A stretch of DNA of 63,149 nucleotides, counting the filler, from Octopus bimaculoides (taxonomy: Eukaryota), in the NCBI RefSeq assembly GCF_001194135.2. It is 6 parts of 6 records of this genome, joined end to end, with 100 filler letters (N's around TTAATTAATTAA, not from the genome) between each part and the next. Parts side by side here need not be neighbours in the genome. Positions count along the whole stretch, not along the records: positions 1 to 16,176 come from NC_068998.1; positions 16,277 to 31,386 come from NC_068981.1; 4 more parts are not named here. One strand, 5' to 3'. Shown piece by piece: positions 15,120-26,390 of this stretch. Within the stretch, counting starts at the first letter, position 1; every line of letters begins with the position of its first letter. The notes below the pieces were generated by a model. That model was not told the DNA's origin, made no database searches, and saw nothing but the letters and a program-made list of their open reading frames with translations. The position numbers and the translations under genes are program-made.

Positions 15120-15165
15120 AACACAACGTTTCGGCTGATATGCCCTCCAGCCTTCATCAGGTGTC
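15120..15165 (-). ncRNA. Minimal type I hammerhead ribozyme (Penelope pLTR type), copy A
   Basis: Minus strand reads GACAC CUGAUGA A GGCUG gagggcauau CAGCC GAAA C GUU GUGUU: intact core, 5-bp stem II, stem I GACAC/GUGUU, palindromic minimal stem III. Confidence 0.75.
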
Positions 15166-15212
15166 TTGGGGAAATTTCGAACGTGGGTTCTCATTCCTCA
15201 GGTATTTTATGA

Positions 15213-15280
<68 letters not shown>

Positions 15281-15355
15281 NNNNNNNNNNNNNNNNNNNN
15301 NNNNNNNNNNNNNNNNNNNNNNNNNNNNNNTGTTATTATTATTATTATTATTATT

Positions 15356-15419
<64 letters not shown>

Positions 15420-15466
15420 GCGAAAAATACCATAGGAATGAGAACCCAGGTTCCAAATTTCCCCAA

Positions 15467-15512
15467 GACACCTGATGAAAGCTGGAGGATATATCAGCCG
15501 AAACGTTGTGTT
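15467..15512 (+). ncRNA. Minimal type I hammerhead ribozyme (Penelope pLTR type), copy B
   Basis: GACAC CUGAUGA A AGCUG gaggauauau CAGCC GAAA C GUU GUGUU; the basal stem II pair is mutated (A.C). Confidence 0.7.
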
Positions 15513-17479
15513 AACAACAAACAAGATGAGGACAAATATCTGCCAAATGTAAATAATATAAATAATGTACATAATTCTTCATCTCTTAAATACAGAACTG
15601 TATTATAAGTCTTTTTATTCCGATAGCTTCATCATCGATTTATTTTCCTGTGGTCTATGATACTCAGTCATTGAAACTTTCTATCAGCTGACAACTTTTC
15701 TAATTTGCAGGCCTCTTTCCATTCTTTGTAGATCCTTACGCAACATAGCGTCAAGCATTTTTTAAGGATGAAAGCATCAAAACAAAAGCAAAATAAAAGA
15801 AAGAAAAAGAGGGGAAATGTATACCCACGTTACCTCTGACGCCACCACTAAAAGCTGTTTCGCTCCTTATTGAGTTACTTCCCTTAATGTGACACAGAAC
15901 GTAGGCAGGAACTTACTATTGTACTAATATATAGAAACCATTTAATAGATGATGGTATTGAAACACATTATTAGACCAGGCTTTTCTGAATTTGCAGGCC
16001 TCTTCTTTTAGCTCTTTGTAGACTAAACAATTCAAACCTACAGATATAACGGACACAGACCCAGTGAAAACAAAAACCCACAAGCTACACATATATGGCA
16101 TCAACCAAAGACTCTATTTATACAATGTATGAAACGGTCATAAAACATCAAAGAACAGAATATATATATATATATANNNNNNNNNNNNNNNNNNNNNNNN
16201 NNNNNNNNNNNNNNNNNNNNTTAATTAATTAANNNNNNNNNNNNNNNNNNNNNNNNNNNNNNNNNNNNNNNNNNNNTATATGTATAGGGACAAGAACATA
16301 CCGAAACCAGTTGTGAAACAGTGGTGGGTGACAAATGCAGACACAAAGACACACATGTGTCTTTATGCTGGCTTGCAACAACAATGGGAAAGATGTAAGC
16401 TAAAGGGAAATTAATAGCATCATTTTCAATAGTCTTAGCAGTAGGTGTAATTGTTTCTTCCATACCTGGCAAATGAAGGATGAGAGAGAGAGAGAGAGAG
16501 ATGGGGGGAGGACTGTTTTGGTGGTAACCAGGTGCTGCACAGTGAATTTGGACCGGAATTGCATAGTTGGGAAGCAAGCTTCTTAAACATGTAAATAGAT
16601 ATTTGTGTCTACAAGGAAAAAGTTGGTCGTAACTTCAGTGTCGGTTTCAAGCTTTCAATTGTCAAAGCTAATTTGGTACTCTTGAGTAATTCTTCAATTA
16701 ATATTTGTCTCTTTTTAGATTTGTCTCTTTAGATTTGTCTCTTTTTTAGACATAAAAACAAACCCATAAATTAAAATCAGATTAATATTCTAAAATAAAT
16801 TTAAGAATAACAACAGAGCATTTACAGATTGGATACATCGGCACAAAAAAATAGAATTAAATTTATTGTGTTTGGCATGTAAAAAAAGCACCTACCAGCT
16901 GTAGAAACCATGCCATATCAGACTGGAACCTGGTGCAGCTCCCTAGCTTACCAGTTTTCATCAAACCGTCCAACCCATGCCAGCATGGAAAACAGACATT
17001 AAATGACGATTACGATCTGGTTGATTGGGATTGCTTCCTATGTAGTTTCAGATTCAATCCCATTGCATGGCACCTTGAGCAAGTGTCTTCTACTACAGCC
17101 CCATATGTCCAAAGCCATGCAGGTGAATTTGATCAATGGAAACTGAAAGAAGCCTGCTGTTTGCGTGTGTGTGAGTGATTTAGTATTTCCCCTTTTGTCT
17201 ATCAATAGTTGTAAACAATGTCTGCACTGACAGTGTTGCTTGTTTGCAGTCCATCATGAAAGCTTGTCCAGGCTGTTTGTTATTCAATAGACTGGGAAGT
17301 TATGAACTGATTTGGAAGTTGGTGATGGGAATAAGCATCCGGTTGTAGAAAACTGCCCTGACACACTCTAATCTGATCAATGCAAGCATGGAAAAGTAAA
17401 CGTTAAACACACAGATATACATGAGGCAAACATATTCCATTGGACCTGTAATGCTGATGTGCATGAACAGTAGGGCACA

Positions 17480-17885
17480 AATAAGTTGAATGGGAAACTG
17501 AGTATAAAAGGAGTCAGATATGGTATGAGAGAGAGAGAGAAAACTTTGGCTGATAATAGGCTTGAGGCATGGATGAAGGATAACAGTTGGATCAATAAAT
17601 GCCAAGATATCTGAGGAAAAAAAAAGCAAAACAGGAAGACATGAGAAGAATACGGTGAAAGGATATGACAAAGGAAAAAGATGGCCATAAGTGGTGTGGC
17701 GAGACCCTGTACTGGAGAAGACCTGACAAATTCCTACAACCATAGAAAGACAGCTGTAAAATGATGATGATGGTAATGGTGGTAATGATGATGGTTGAGA
17801 GAATGATGGTGTCGGTGGCAGCAGCAGTGGCGGTGAAGATGATGGTGGTTATGATGATGATGATGATGATGATGATGATAATGAT
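17480..17885 (+). mobile_element. RTE-type LINE 3' remnant with (GAT)n tail
   Basis: Degenerate LSIKGVRYG..ER..MDE..W.NKC motifs followed by a long ATG/GTG triplet tail. Confidence 0.5.
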
Positions 17886-18186
17886 AATGTATGAGCTGGT
17901 TACATACACATGCACACACACACACATGTCCACATTATTCTGACAATACAATCAATATTTCACTTGTTAGCTTTATTAAAGAGCGAAATGGTGGTACCAT
18001 TGTCGGTATAAAATAAATTTATTACACTCAACGAAATTAGTATTGATTTCTTTGTTATAGTTTATGGTGCCACATTTTTAATGAACAAGTACATATGTAT
18101 GTGTGTGTGTGTGTGTGAGTGTTTGTATATGTATCTTACACATGTGTTTGAATGTATGTATGTATCTGTCTTTCACTCCTCTCTAT

Positions 18187-18517
18187 AGTGGCTGTGTGGT
18201 AAGTAGCTTGCTTACCAACCACATGCTTCTGGGTTCAGTCCCACTGCGTGGCACCTTGGGTAAGTGTCTTCTACTATAGCCTCGGGCCGGCCAATGCCTT
18301 GTGAGTGGATTTGGTAGACGGAAATTGAAGGAAGCCCATCATATATATGTATATATATATGTATGTGTGTGTATATGTTTGCGTCTGTGTTTGTCCCCCT
18401 ACTATCGCTTGACAACCGATGGTGGTGTGTTTACGTCCCCGTAACTTAGCAGTTCGGCAAAAGAGACTGATAGAATAAGTACTCGGCTTACAAAGAATAA
18501 GTCCTGGGGTTGATTTG
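18187..18517 (+). mobile_element. SINE family A copy (truncated by gap)
   Basis: Same sequence as 10277-10682. Confidence 0.9.
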
Positions 18518-18817
18518 NNNNNNNNNNNNNNNNNNNNNNNNNNNNNNNNNNNNNNNNNNNNNNNNNNNNNNNNNNNNNNNNNNNNNNNNNNNNNNNNNNN
18601 NNNNNNNNNNNNNNNNNNNNNNNNNNNNNNNNNNNNNNNNNNNNNNNNNNNNNNNNNNNNNNNNNNNNNNNNNNNNNNNNNNNNNNNNNNNNNNNNNNNN
18701 NNNNNNNNNNNNNNNNNNNNNNNNNNNNNNNNNNNNNNNNNNNNNNNNNNNNNNNNNNNNNNNNNNNNNNNNNNNNNNNNNNNNNNNNNNNNNNNNNNNN
18801 NNNNNNNNNNNNNNNNN

Positions 18818-19145
18818 ATACCTAAGGCACCTACTATGATAGGAATTGTTTCTGTTTTTAGATTCCACATTCGAGTTACCTCTATTTCCAGGTCTTTGTA
18901 TTTTGAAAGTTTCTCCATTTCTTTTAGGGAAACGTTGTCATCTACTAGTATTGATACATCAATTAGAAAGCACTTTTTTCCTTCATGATCTTTGACAACT
19001 ATATCTGGTCTATTGGCCGTAATTTCTCTATCTGTGTGTATTGGCACATCCCAGAGTATGGTTACTTTCTCGTTTTCTGTGACCTTTTCTGGCGTGTGTT
19101 TATACCATCTTTTTTCTGTTGTTATTCCATAGTGTTGGCATAGCT
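18818..19145 (-). mobile_element. R4/Dong-like non-LTR retrotransposon fragment, restriction-like endonuclease domain
   Basis: WYKHTPEKVTENEKVTILWDVPIHTDREITANRPDIVVKD..CFLIDVSI..KEMEKLSKYKDLEIEVTRMW..IPIIVGALG, a PD-(D/E)xK REL signature. Adjoins a (TAT)n tract. Confidence 0.9.
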
Positions 19146-19192
19146 ATTATTATTATTATTATTATTATTTCTTTCTTTGTACCGTTATAAAG

Positions 19193-19367
19193 TCTAATAA
19201 TGGAGTGAAAACTGAACACGTGATGATGCAACGAGTTGCACAGAACAGGGAAAAGCTGTATGAAAGTGGACACAAATTAGTGAACTGGGTAGGAGAACAC
19301 ACCTATGGTTATATATCATCCTACACCAACGTCTCTCGTGTGGACAAGATCACACTTTCTGTGGAAG
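19193..19367 (+). CDS. TGFBR3: Betaglycan/TGFBR3-like exon, C-terminal part of the orphan domain
   Basis: AG acceptor after a T-rich tract and GAAG|gtacgt donor. Reads SNNGVKTEHVMMQRVAQNREKLYESGHKLVNWVGEHTYGYISSYTNVSRVDKITLSVE(G), which aligns by eye to human betaglycan ..QGNLVKWALDNGYSPITSYTMAPVANRFHLRLE. 175 nt, ends in phase 1, matching the next exon. Confidence 0.8.
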
Positions 19368-19960
19368 GTACGTATTTATTTCATAACTTGTTTCCTTTGT
19401 GTATTTCCTTTCTATTGTACTATGCATATTATACAGACACGCATAATGCAAAAATATACTTAAAATATGTGTTATATATATATGTATGTATGTGTGTATA
19501 TATAATTGTTCTGAGAAAGAATATGATTAATCAGAAATTCTCTCTCAAAGTTAAGGTTTGCACTTAGAAGTGCTCAAGAGGTGCTTCAGACAAAAGATAA
19601 GAATATATAATATGAAGAAATGTAAGACCAGGTAATTTAATCCACAAACATGACTCTGATTTCAGATGAATTTAAAGAACAAGTACATACATGATACATT
19701 AAAAATGTATAAATACAGACATTTTTCTAAAATCTATAAATGAATAAATATATCAAAAATATAAATGTGAGATATAGATTTTAAAAGAATGTTTAGATGT
19801 AGAGATAAATACACTAAAACATACACGTATACGTAAATATATTGAAGAAGGTCTAAAGTAGTGATGAAAGCGAAATATAAGATACAAGGAGGATAGAAAT
19901 TAAAAGATTAGATAGTTTTAAAAATATATGTAAAAAAATATATGTATGGTATTCTATATA

Positions 19961-20106
19961 AGCTTAAAGCTTATGGCAATCACCTTGCAATGATTAAGGA
20001 AAATAGTCTAATAAAGGGGCATATAAGCCCTTTCGAGAGCTTATATGCCCCTTTATTAGACTATTTTCCTTAGTCATTGCACGGTGATTGCGAAAAGCTT
20101 TAAGCT
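19961..20106. mobile_element. Palindromic MITE with TA target-site duplication
   Basis: Arms of about 68 bp with 4 mismatches around a 10-nt loop; TA on both sides (19959-60 and 20107-08). Confidence 0.75.
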
Positions 20107-20190
20107 TAAATGAAAATACCATTAATATTATTTATAGGATTGTAAAATACGGCACCGTATACAAAAAACAAAAAACAATTCGCACTGAAA

Positions 20191-20224
<34 letters not shown>

Positions 20225-20427
20225 NNNNNNNNNNNNNNNNNNNNNNNNNNNNNNNNNNNNNNNNNNNNNNNNNNNNNNNNNNNNNNNNNNNNNNNNNNNN
20301 NNNNNNNNNNNNNNNNNNNNNNNNNNNNNNNNNNNNNNNNNNNNNNNNNNNNNNNNNNNNNNNNNNNNNNNNNNNNNNNNNNNNNNNNNNNNNNNNNNNN
20401 NNNNNNNNNNNNNNNNNNNNNNNNNNN

Positions 20428-20460
<33 letters not shown>

Positions 20461-20472
20461 GTATATACACAT

Positions 20473-20515
<43 letters not shown>

Positions 20516-20569
20516 TACACACACACAAACATATATGTGCTTGTGGGTGTTAGTGTGTCTTTCTGTTGG

Positions 20570-20800
20570 TATGGCTGTATGGTTAAAAAGTTTGCTTCCC
20601 AACTATGTAATTTCAGGTTCAGTCTCACATTGAGCAATAAAAAGCCTTGTGAGTGGATTTAGTTGGCAGAAACTAAAAGAATCTTGTGTGTATGTGTTTG
20701 TGCTTGCCTTTCCCTGTCTTGATAGCATGGGATAGTTATTAACAAGTGTCACCATCATACACACAGTGTCATTCATTTGCAGTCTTTCTCAAAAACATGT
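20570..20800 (+). mobile_element. Diverged SINE family A-related copy
   Basis: GGCTGTATGGTTAAAAAG..GGTTCAGTC..AAAGCCTTGTGAGTGG. Confidence 0.7.
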
Positions 20801-20921
20801 CAGGTCACTAATAAATATTACCTTGGTGGGAATAGGGTTGGCAACAGGAAGCCATCCACCTGTTAAAAAATAAATCTACCTCAACAAATTCCCTCTGACC
20901 CAAGCATGGAAAAAACAGTCG

Positions 20922-21315
20922 CAGGAGTGGCTGTGTGGTAAGTAGCTTGCTTACCAACCACATGGTTCTGGGTTCAGTCCCACTGCGTGGCACCTTGGGC
21001 AAGTGTCTTCTACTATAGCCTTGGGCCGACCAAAGCCTTGTGAGTGGATTTGGTAGACGGAAACTGAAAGAAGCCTGTCGTATATATGTGTATATATGTA
21101 TGTATATGTTTGTGTGTCTTGTGTTTGTCCCCCCAACTTTGTTTGACAACCGATGCTGGTGTGTTTACGTCCCCGTAACTTAGCGGTTCGGCAAAAAGAG
21201 ACCGATAGAATAAGTACTAGGCTTACAAAGAATAAGTCCTGGGGTCGATTTGCTCGACTAAAGGTGGTGCCCCAGCATGGCCACAGTCAAATGACTGAAA
21301 CAAGTAAAAGAGTAT
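20922..21315 (+). mobile_element. SINE family A copy
   Basis: Full head, core and tail. Confidence 0.92.
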
Positions 21316-21839
21316 TGAAACAAGGAAGAGGAAGAGAATGATGGTGGTGATGATGGTGATTGTTTGTATGCGGATACTTATCGCTGCACATGAGTGTTAA
21401 TTGCATGTATACACCATCATCGTTGTCCAGAGAAACTACTGCTCCTCGAAATTGTTACTGACCCCATCTGTACAAGATGCTTTTCTAACCAAAAGTGGAG
21501 TGCTGTTGACGTAATTGGGGTTAGTAGCAGATACACAGCAACTATTCAGATTGTGAAACTCTCTTATCCAACCCCTTAAAGCTCTTTTGACTGATTAGCA
21601 TCATTTCATTCACGGACACTCTACAACCATAGGCACACTGCTATACTTACGTGTCCACCTTCTCACTCCTTTGTCATTTCTATAATGATTCCTAAACAGC
21701 TGAACTAATTAGTATATACTGTTCTTACTCAAGCTCACTGAGTTACTTTATCTCAATACACATAGGCACCTTACTTGGGTCCTTCACTCAATTTGTTTAC
21801 GAACTGTAACTATTCCTTTCTCTGATGCTTCATCCCTCG

Positions 21840-22206
21840 TTCTCTGTCGTCATCCCCTCTTTCTCTATGTTTTCAGTCTCTAGTATTCTCTCCCCCACTC
21901 TGTAATCTACTCCCTTTCTCTCTCTTCACTTCTCCCTCTTCTCTTCTCTCCTCTCTATTCTCTTTTCCCTTCTCTCTTCTCTTCTTCCCTCTCTCTTTTT
22001 TTCGTCTGTCTGTCTGTCTATCTCTCTCTTTCTCTCTCTCTCCCTCTCTATTTCTCTCTCTCTCTCTCTTTCTCTCTCCCCTCCCCCTTCCTTCCCCCCT
22101 TCTCTCTCTCATATTTTCTCTTTTTTTGACTCATGTATTCTCTGTCTCATACTCTATTCTCTGGTATTCTTCCTCTCACTCTGTATTCCCTCCTTTCACT
22201 CTATAG

Positions 22207-22260
<54 letters not shown>

Positions 22261-22265
22261 TTTTC
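21840..22265. repeat. Long polypyrimidine (CT-rich) tract
   Basis: Direct reading; lies 250 nt upstream of the exon at 22513. Confidence 0.95.
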
Positions 22266-22512
22266 ACACACACTGGAATTTTGGGTATTAGCTGCACTCG
22301 ACTAGGAAGTCTTGCAGACTCTATAAGTCCTCCTCCTCCCTTCACATGTCTTTGTCTGCCGAGCTAAATAAGGAGCAGGTGCAAATTTGGATTTTATTGA
22401 ATTATCTGTGAATTCAGAATCTATTGTCTGTGAAAACTCTAGTATCAAGTAGTGCTATTGCAGGATGATGTTGCATAACAAACCAATCTTTTCACTCTAT
22501 CTCTGTTCCTAG

Positions 22513-22697
22513 GCACCACATTAGACCAATCCTTCAAACTAGACAAACCAAAGAAGTCGAAACCAGAGATAGAAGATCCTTCCCATGTGTCTCCGTTTGC
22601 AAACCCTGTTAAAACGAAAGCAGCACTCCAAGCGGCAATGCAGACATCATGTTTTCCTGATGGCCTTGTAGTTCATATTAACAGAAGTCTAACAAAG
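22513..22697 (+). CDS. TGFBR3: Betaglycan/TGFBR3-like exon, linker and start of ZP-N
   Basis: ctctgttcctag acceptor and AAG|gtaaat donor; phase 1 in, phase 0 out. Reads (G)TTLDQSFKLDKPKKSKPEIEDPSHVSPFANPVKTKAALQAAMQTSCFPDGLVVHINRSLTK. MQTSCFPDGLVVHI matches the first ZP-N strand and Cys (LSVKCDNEKMIVAV). Not in the ORF track because it has no upstream Met. Confidence 0.8.
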
Positions 22698-22713
22698 GTA
22701 AATAATGTCATCA

Positions 22714-22873
22714 GTGGTTGGCGTTAGGAAGGGCATCCAGCTGTAGAAACTCTGCCAAATTTAGATTGGAGCCTGGTGTTGCCATCCGGTTTCACCAGTC
22801 CTCAGTCAAATCGTCCAACCCATGCTGGCATGGAAAGCGGACGTTAAACGATGATGATGATGATGATGATGAT
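22714..22873 (+). mobile_element. SINE/LINE 3' tail family C with (GAT)n end
   Basis: GGAAGGGCATCCAGCTGTAGAAAC..CCCATGCTGGCATGGAAAGCGGACGTTAAACGATGATG. Confidence 0.88.
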
Positions 22874-22923
22874 TATAAATTTTGAAATTTTTTTTCAGAC
22901 TCTTTAATTAATTTCATTGTTAG

Positions 22924-23082
22924 AAACAAAGATAATTGTGGCTGTTGTGACTTTCCAACCGCATGGTTCTGGATTCTGTCCCACTGTGTGGCACCTTGGG
23001 CAAGTGTTTTCTTCTATAGCCTCAGACCAACCAAAACCGTGTAAGTGAACTTGGTAAACAAAGACTGAAAGAAGTCTGTCAT

Positions 23083-23113
<31 letters not shown>

Positions 23114-23300
23114 CTCTCTGTCCTCCACCACCACTTGTTTATGTCTCTGTAACTTAACGGTTTGGCAATAAGAGACTGATAGAATAAGGACCAGTTTGAA
23201 AAAGAAATAAGCACCGGGGTCCAATTTGTTCAACGAAAAGTCTGCAAGGTGGTGCCCCAGCATGGTCACAGTCTAAATACTAAAAGAAGTGAAAGATAAA
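22924..23300 (+). mobile_element. Older SINE family A copy
   Basis: Diverged CCTTGGGCAAGTG core and GGTGCCCCAGCATGG 3' part. Confidence 0.8.
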
Positions 23301-23374
23301 AAGCTATGTTCTGTGGCTATTTGTCTCAGCCCATTAGAAATAGCAACAAAATCTCCTCAGATCACAAGAGTAAA

Positions 23375-23585
23375 GTTGGCAAGCTGGCAGAATTGTTAGT
23401 GTGTCAGACAAGATGATCAGCAGCATTTCTTGCAGTGTTTCTGAGTTCAAATTTCACTGAAATCAACTTTGGTCTTCATCCTTTTGGAGTCAATAGAATA
23501 AGGTACCAGTCAGGTACTGCAATCGATGAAATTGACTCATCTTCAGATTACTGGCCTTGTGCCAATTTTGAAATGATATTAAAGC
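23375..23585 (+). mobile_element. SINE family B copy
   Basis: Same head and TTCTGAGTTCAAATT block. Confidence 0.75.
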
Positions 23586-23689
23586 TAAGTAAAATCATGG
23601 CTGTCTATACATACAAGCATATCCTTTATGGTCATGCCTCTGACTCCCTTTATCAGCTGAGAGGTTTTTGTCTTCCGAGTTTGCAGGTG

Positions 23690-23960
23690 TTGGTGCCATG
23701 AAAAAAGCATTCATGCCGGTGCCGCATATATAGCAGCCATGACAGTAGCATGCATAAAGCACCTGCACTGGTGCCATGTAGTAGCACTGGTGCTGGTACC
23801 ATGTGAAAAGTGGTTGGTATTAGGAAGGACATCCAGCCATAGAAATCATGCCAAAACAGACGATTGGAACCTGGTGCAGCTCTTCAGCTGGCCAGCTCCT
23901 GTCAAACCATCCAACCCATGCCAGCATGGACAACGGACATTAAATGATGGTGGTGATTAA
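23690..23960 (+). mobile_element. Older family C copy
   Basis: GGAAGGACATCCAGCCATAGAAA..CCCATGCCAGCATGG; similar pieces at 16870-17010, 17320-17410 and 30850-30995. Confidence 0.78.
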
Positions 23961-24014
23961 AACAAAGGATGAACACATTGGGATAATATTACTATGGATA
24001 TACAAAATGTATGA

Positions 24015-24340
24015 TGCTGTTGTTGGCACTCCGTCGCTTATGACGTCAAGGGTTCTAGTTGATCCGATCAACGGAACAGACTGCTCGTGAAATTAACGTG
24101 CAAGTGGCTGAAAACTCCACAGACACGTGTACCCTTAACGTAGTTCTCGGGGATGAAGTAAGAGTGAGAGAAAGTTGTGGTGAAAGTGTACAGTAGGGTT
24201 CGCCACCATCCCCTGCTGGAGCCTCGTGGAGCTTTAGGTGTTTTCGCTCAATAAACACTCACAACGCCTGGTCTGGGAATCGAAACTGCAATCCTATAAC
24301 TGCGAGTCCACTGCCCTAACCACTGGGTCATTGCGCCTCC
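24015..24340 (-). mobile_element. Chimeric SINE: family D head joined to family E tail
   Basis: Head matches 4626-4800; tail GAGAACTACGTTAAGGGTAC..GTTAATTTCACGAGCAG..CGACGGAGTGCC matches 55655-55790. Confidence 0.75.
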
Positions 24341-25349
24341 TCAAAATGTATGATGGAATGCTTCTGATAGTACAGCTTCGTGATCAGGGCTGGTTGTTAG
24401 CTAAAACAACAGCAGACATCTGATAACAATTGAAGATTGAATCAAGCAGATATAGTCTAGTTGTCAATATTGGAAAAATTTTTTCATGTTTAAAAAGATT
24501 AGGTTAATAGTTTAAAGAATTATAATCTCGTCAAGAATCGGTAAATATTTCTACTTCAAACTTGATAAGAATTAAATGGTAGTATTTCTTTTTGTTTTTA
24601 AATTTTCAATTTCTTAAAAAAAAAATATATATTTCTTTTTAATTAAAAAAAAAAAAAAATTATTAATTTATTTACATGTGACTTCTAATTTATGTGTAAC
24701 TTCTGAGTTTAAATACTTGACACCTGTTACATCTTTGCAATATCTTTTTTGTGCCAGAACAAAATATAAAACAAATATTTGATTTTTAACCCTTCCGACT
24801 TGTAAGAGATGAGTAGTAAAGCAAGAAGGCCTATAAAGAATTCACTGTTGTTCCTCCCAAGAATGTGGGAGAACCTTGGTGATTTAGCATATGCAACTGT
24901 TCTAAATCTAATAATAATGATGTTTACATTATCAATATGAATACGTGTAACTGAACTCACGGTGTCTGTAAAGATAACTGGAATAACTAGCCTGTTACTT
25001 TATCCACCAAACCTGAAGATATGAAATGGAAATGCAAGATAGAAATGTGAGAGAGAGGGGAGGGGAGGAGTTGTTTACATGTCAGTTTTGTTCAACAGAA
25101 AATAATTGCTTAATCTCTCACTATTACATCCTATTTTCTTAAATCAAGGCTGCATTAACTCTTTACCATTCAGGTTCCTTTGTCAAATGTAATGTTTATT
25201 TATTCCCACTAGTTTTGAATTTATCATGCATTATCTTGTAGCTTTAAGATTTCAATGGTGTGTTTTGTTTATTTTTAGAATAACATTGTAGGGTAGGTGT
25301 GAGTGGTTGGATCTGGTCAATCGTAACAGAAGACAGGTAGAATATTTGG

Positions 25350-25500
25350 GGGAATTCACAAAAAAACAACAGACGAAGACAGGTGGTGTAGAAAACAAAT
25401 AGATGTATTAGTATAATGCTCGGGAATTGAAAAAGTCTTTAACGTTTCAAGCCTATGTTCTTCCACAGAAAGGAACACAGAAAAAACAAGGAGAGAAAAA
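25350..25500 (-). mobile_element. Penelope-like pLTR fragment with decayed hammerhead
   Basis: Reverse complement reads CTGTGGAAGAACATAGGCTTGAAACGTTAAAGAC; matches 31820-31975. Confidence 0.65.
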
Positions 25501-25820
25501 AAAGGAGGGATTAAATGCTAAAGGGTTAAACAACTTCTCCTTTTTCAAATAATGGAATCATGATTGGAATTCCTATCAGACAAAACCTTCACCAAAGTCT
25601 TTTGTATGACTGATCTAGGAATTTCAACAACAAGGTGACCTCAAGCCAATGAAAGAAGGCCTTTGTATGAAATCTCAGCCTGCTAGATATAGTACTGAAA
25701 TGTCTCTCAATCACACCCTAATATTTTAAATTAAGAAGGAACTTTAATGTTTACATCTTACCACATTTGCTTTTTTTTCTCATGAATTTTAAGTAAACCC
25801 CTGCACTTTATGTAAACCTA

Positions 25821-26070
25821 ATCATCATCATCATCATCATCATCATCGTTTAACGTCCGCTTTCCATGCTAGCATGGGTTGGACGATTTGACTGAGGACT
25901 GGTGAACCAGATGGCTACACCAGGCTCCAATCTGATTTGGCAGAGTTTCTACAGCTGGATGCCCTTCCTAACACCAACCACTCGGAGAGTGCAGTGGGTG
26001 CTTTTACGTGCCACCGGCACGAAGGCCAGTCAGGAGGTACTGGCAACGGCCACGCTCGAAATGGTGTGTC
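25821..26070 (-). mobile_element. Family C copy (antisense)
   Basis: Near-identical reverse complement of 22714-22873. Confidence 0.88.
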
Positions 26071-26116
26071 TTTGTAATATTCCTCTTTGTTCATTGTGCC
26101 TGTGGCACATAAAAGA

Positions 26117-26154
<38 letters not shown>

Positions 26155-26186
26155 TAATAATAATAATAACAATAATAATAATAACA

Positions 26187-26390
26187 ACAAGAGCACTCAT
26201 AGAGTGCAGACCTCCACCATCGCAACACCAATGTCCTCACAACAATTAACCGGAGATGATTTTTAAAGTGAGAATATCTAAAATAAATTCCACTGCTCTA
26301 ACAAACGAGAATACTAAAAATGAACCTGATCACTCTCAAGTGGAAAAATAATCCGTATACCTTGTCCGGTGCCTGATGGATCCCAATGGG
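26187..26390 (+). mobile_element. Helentron-associated (HINE/DINE-1-like) non-autonomous fragment
   Basis: Begins ACAAGAGCACTCA.AGAG.GCAGACCTCC after an AAT/AAC tract, a typical start for this class (recognition only). Confidence 0.5.

Larger units (their letters stand above)
15069..15600. repeat. Inverted pair of Penelope-like pLTR segments around a (TTA)n(ATA)n centre
   Basis: 15069-15225 is the reverse complement of about 15420-15570. Confidence 0.85.

Noticed and set aside
16278-16420. KPVVKQWWVTNADTK frame as an orphan-domain exon
   Set aside because: The sequence resembles a decayed antisense SINE-A segment, and the phase does not fit exon 19193.
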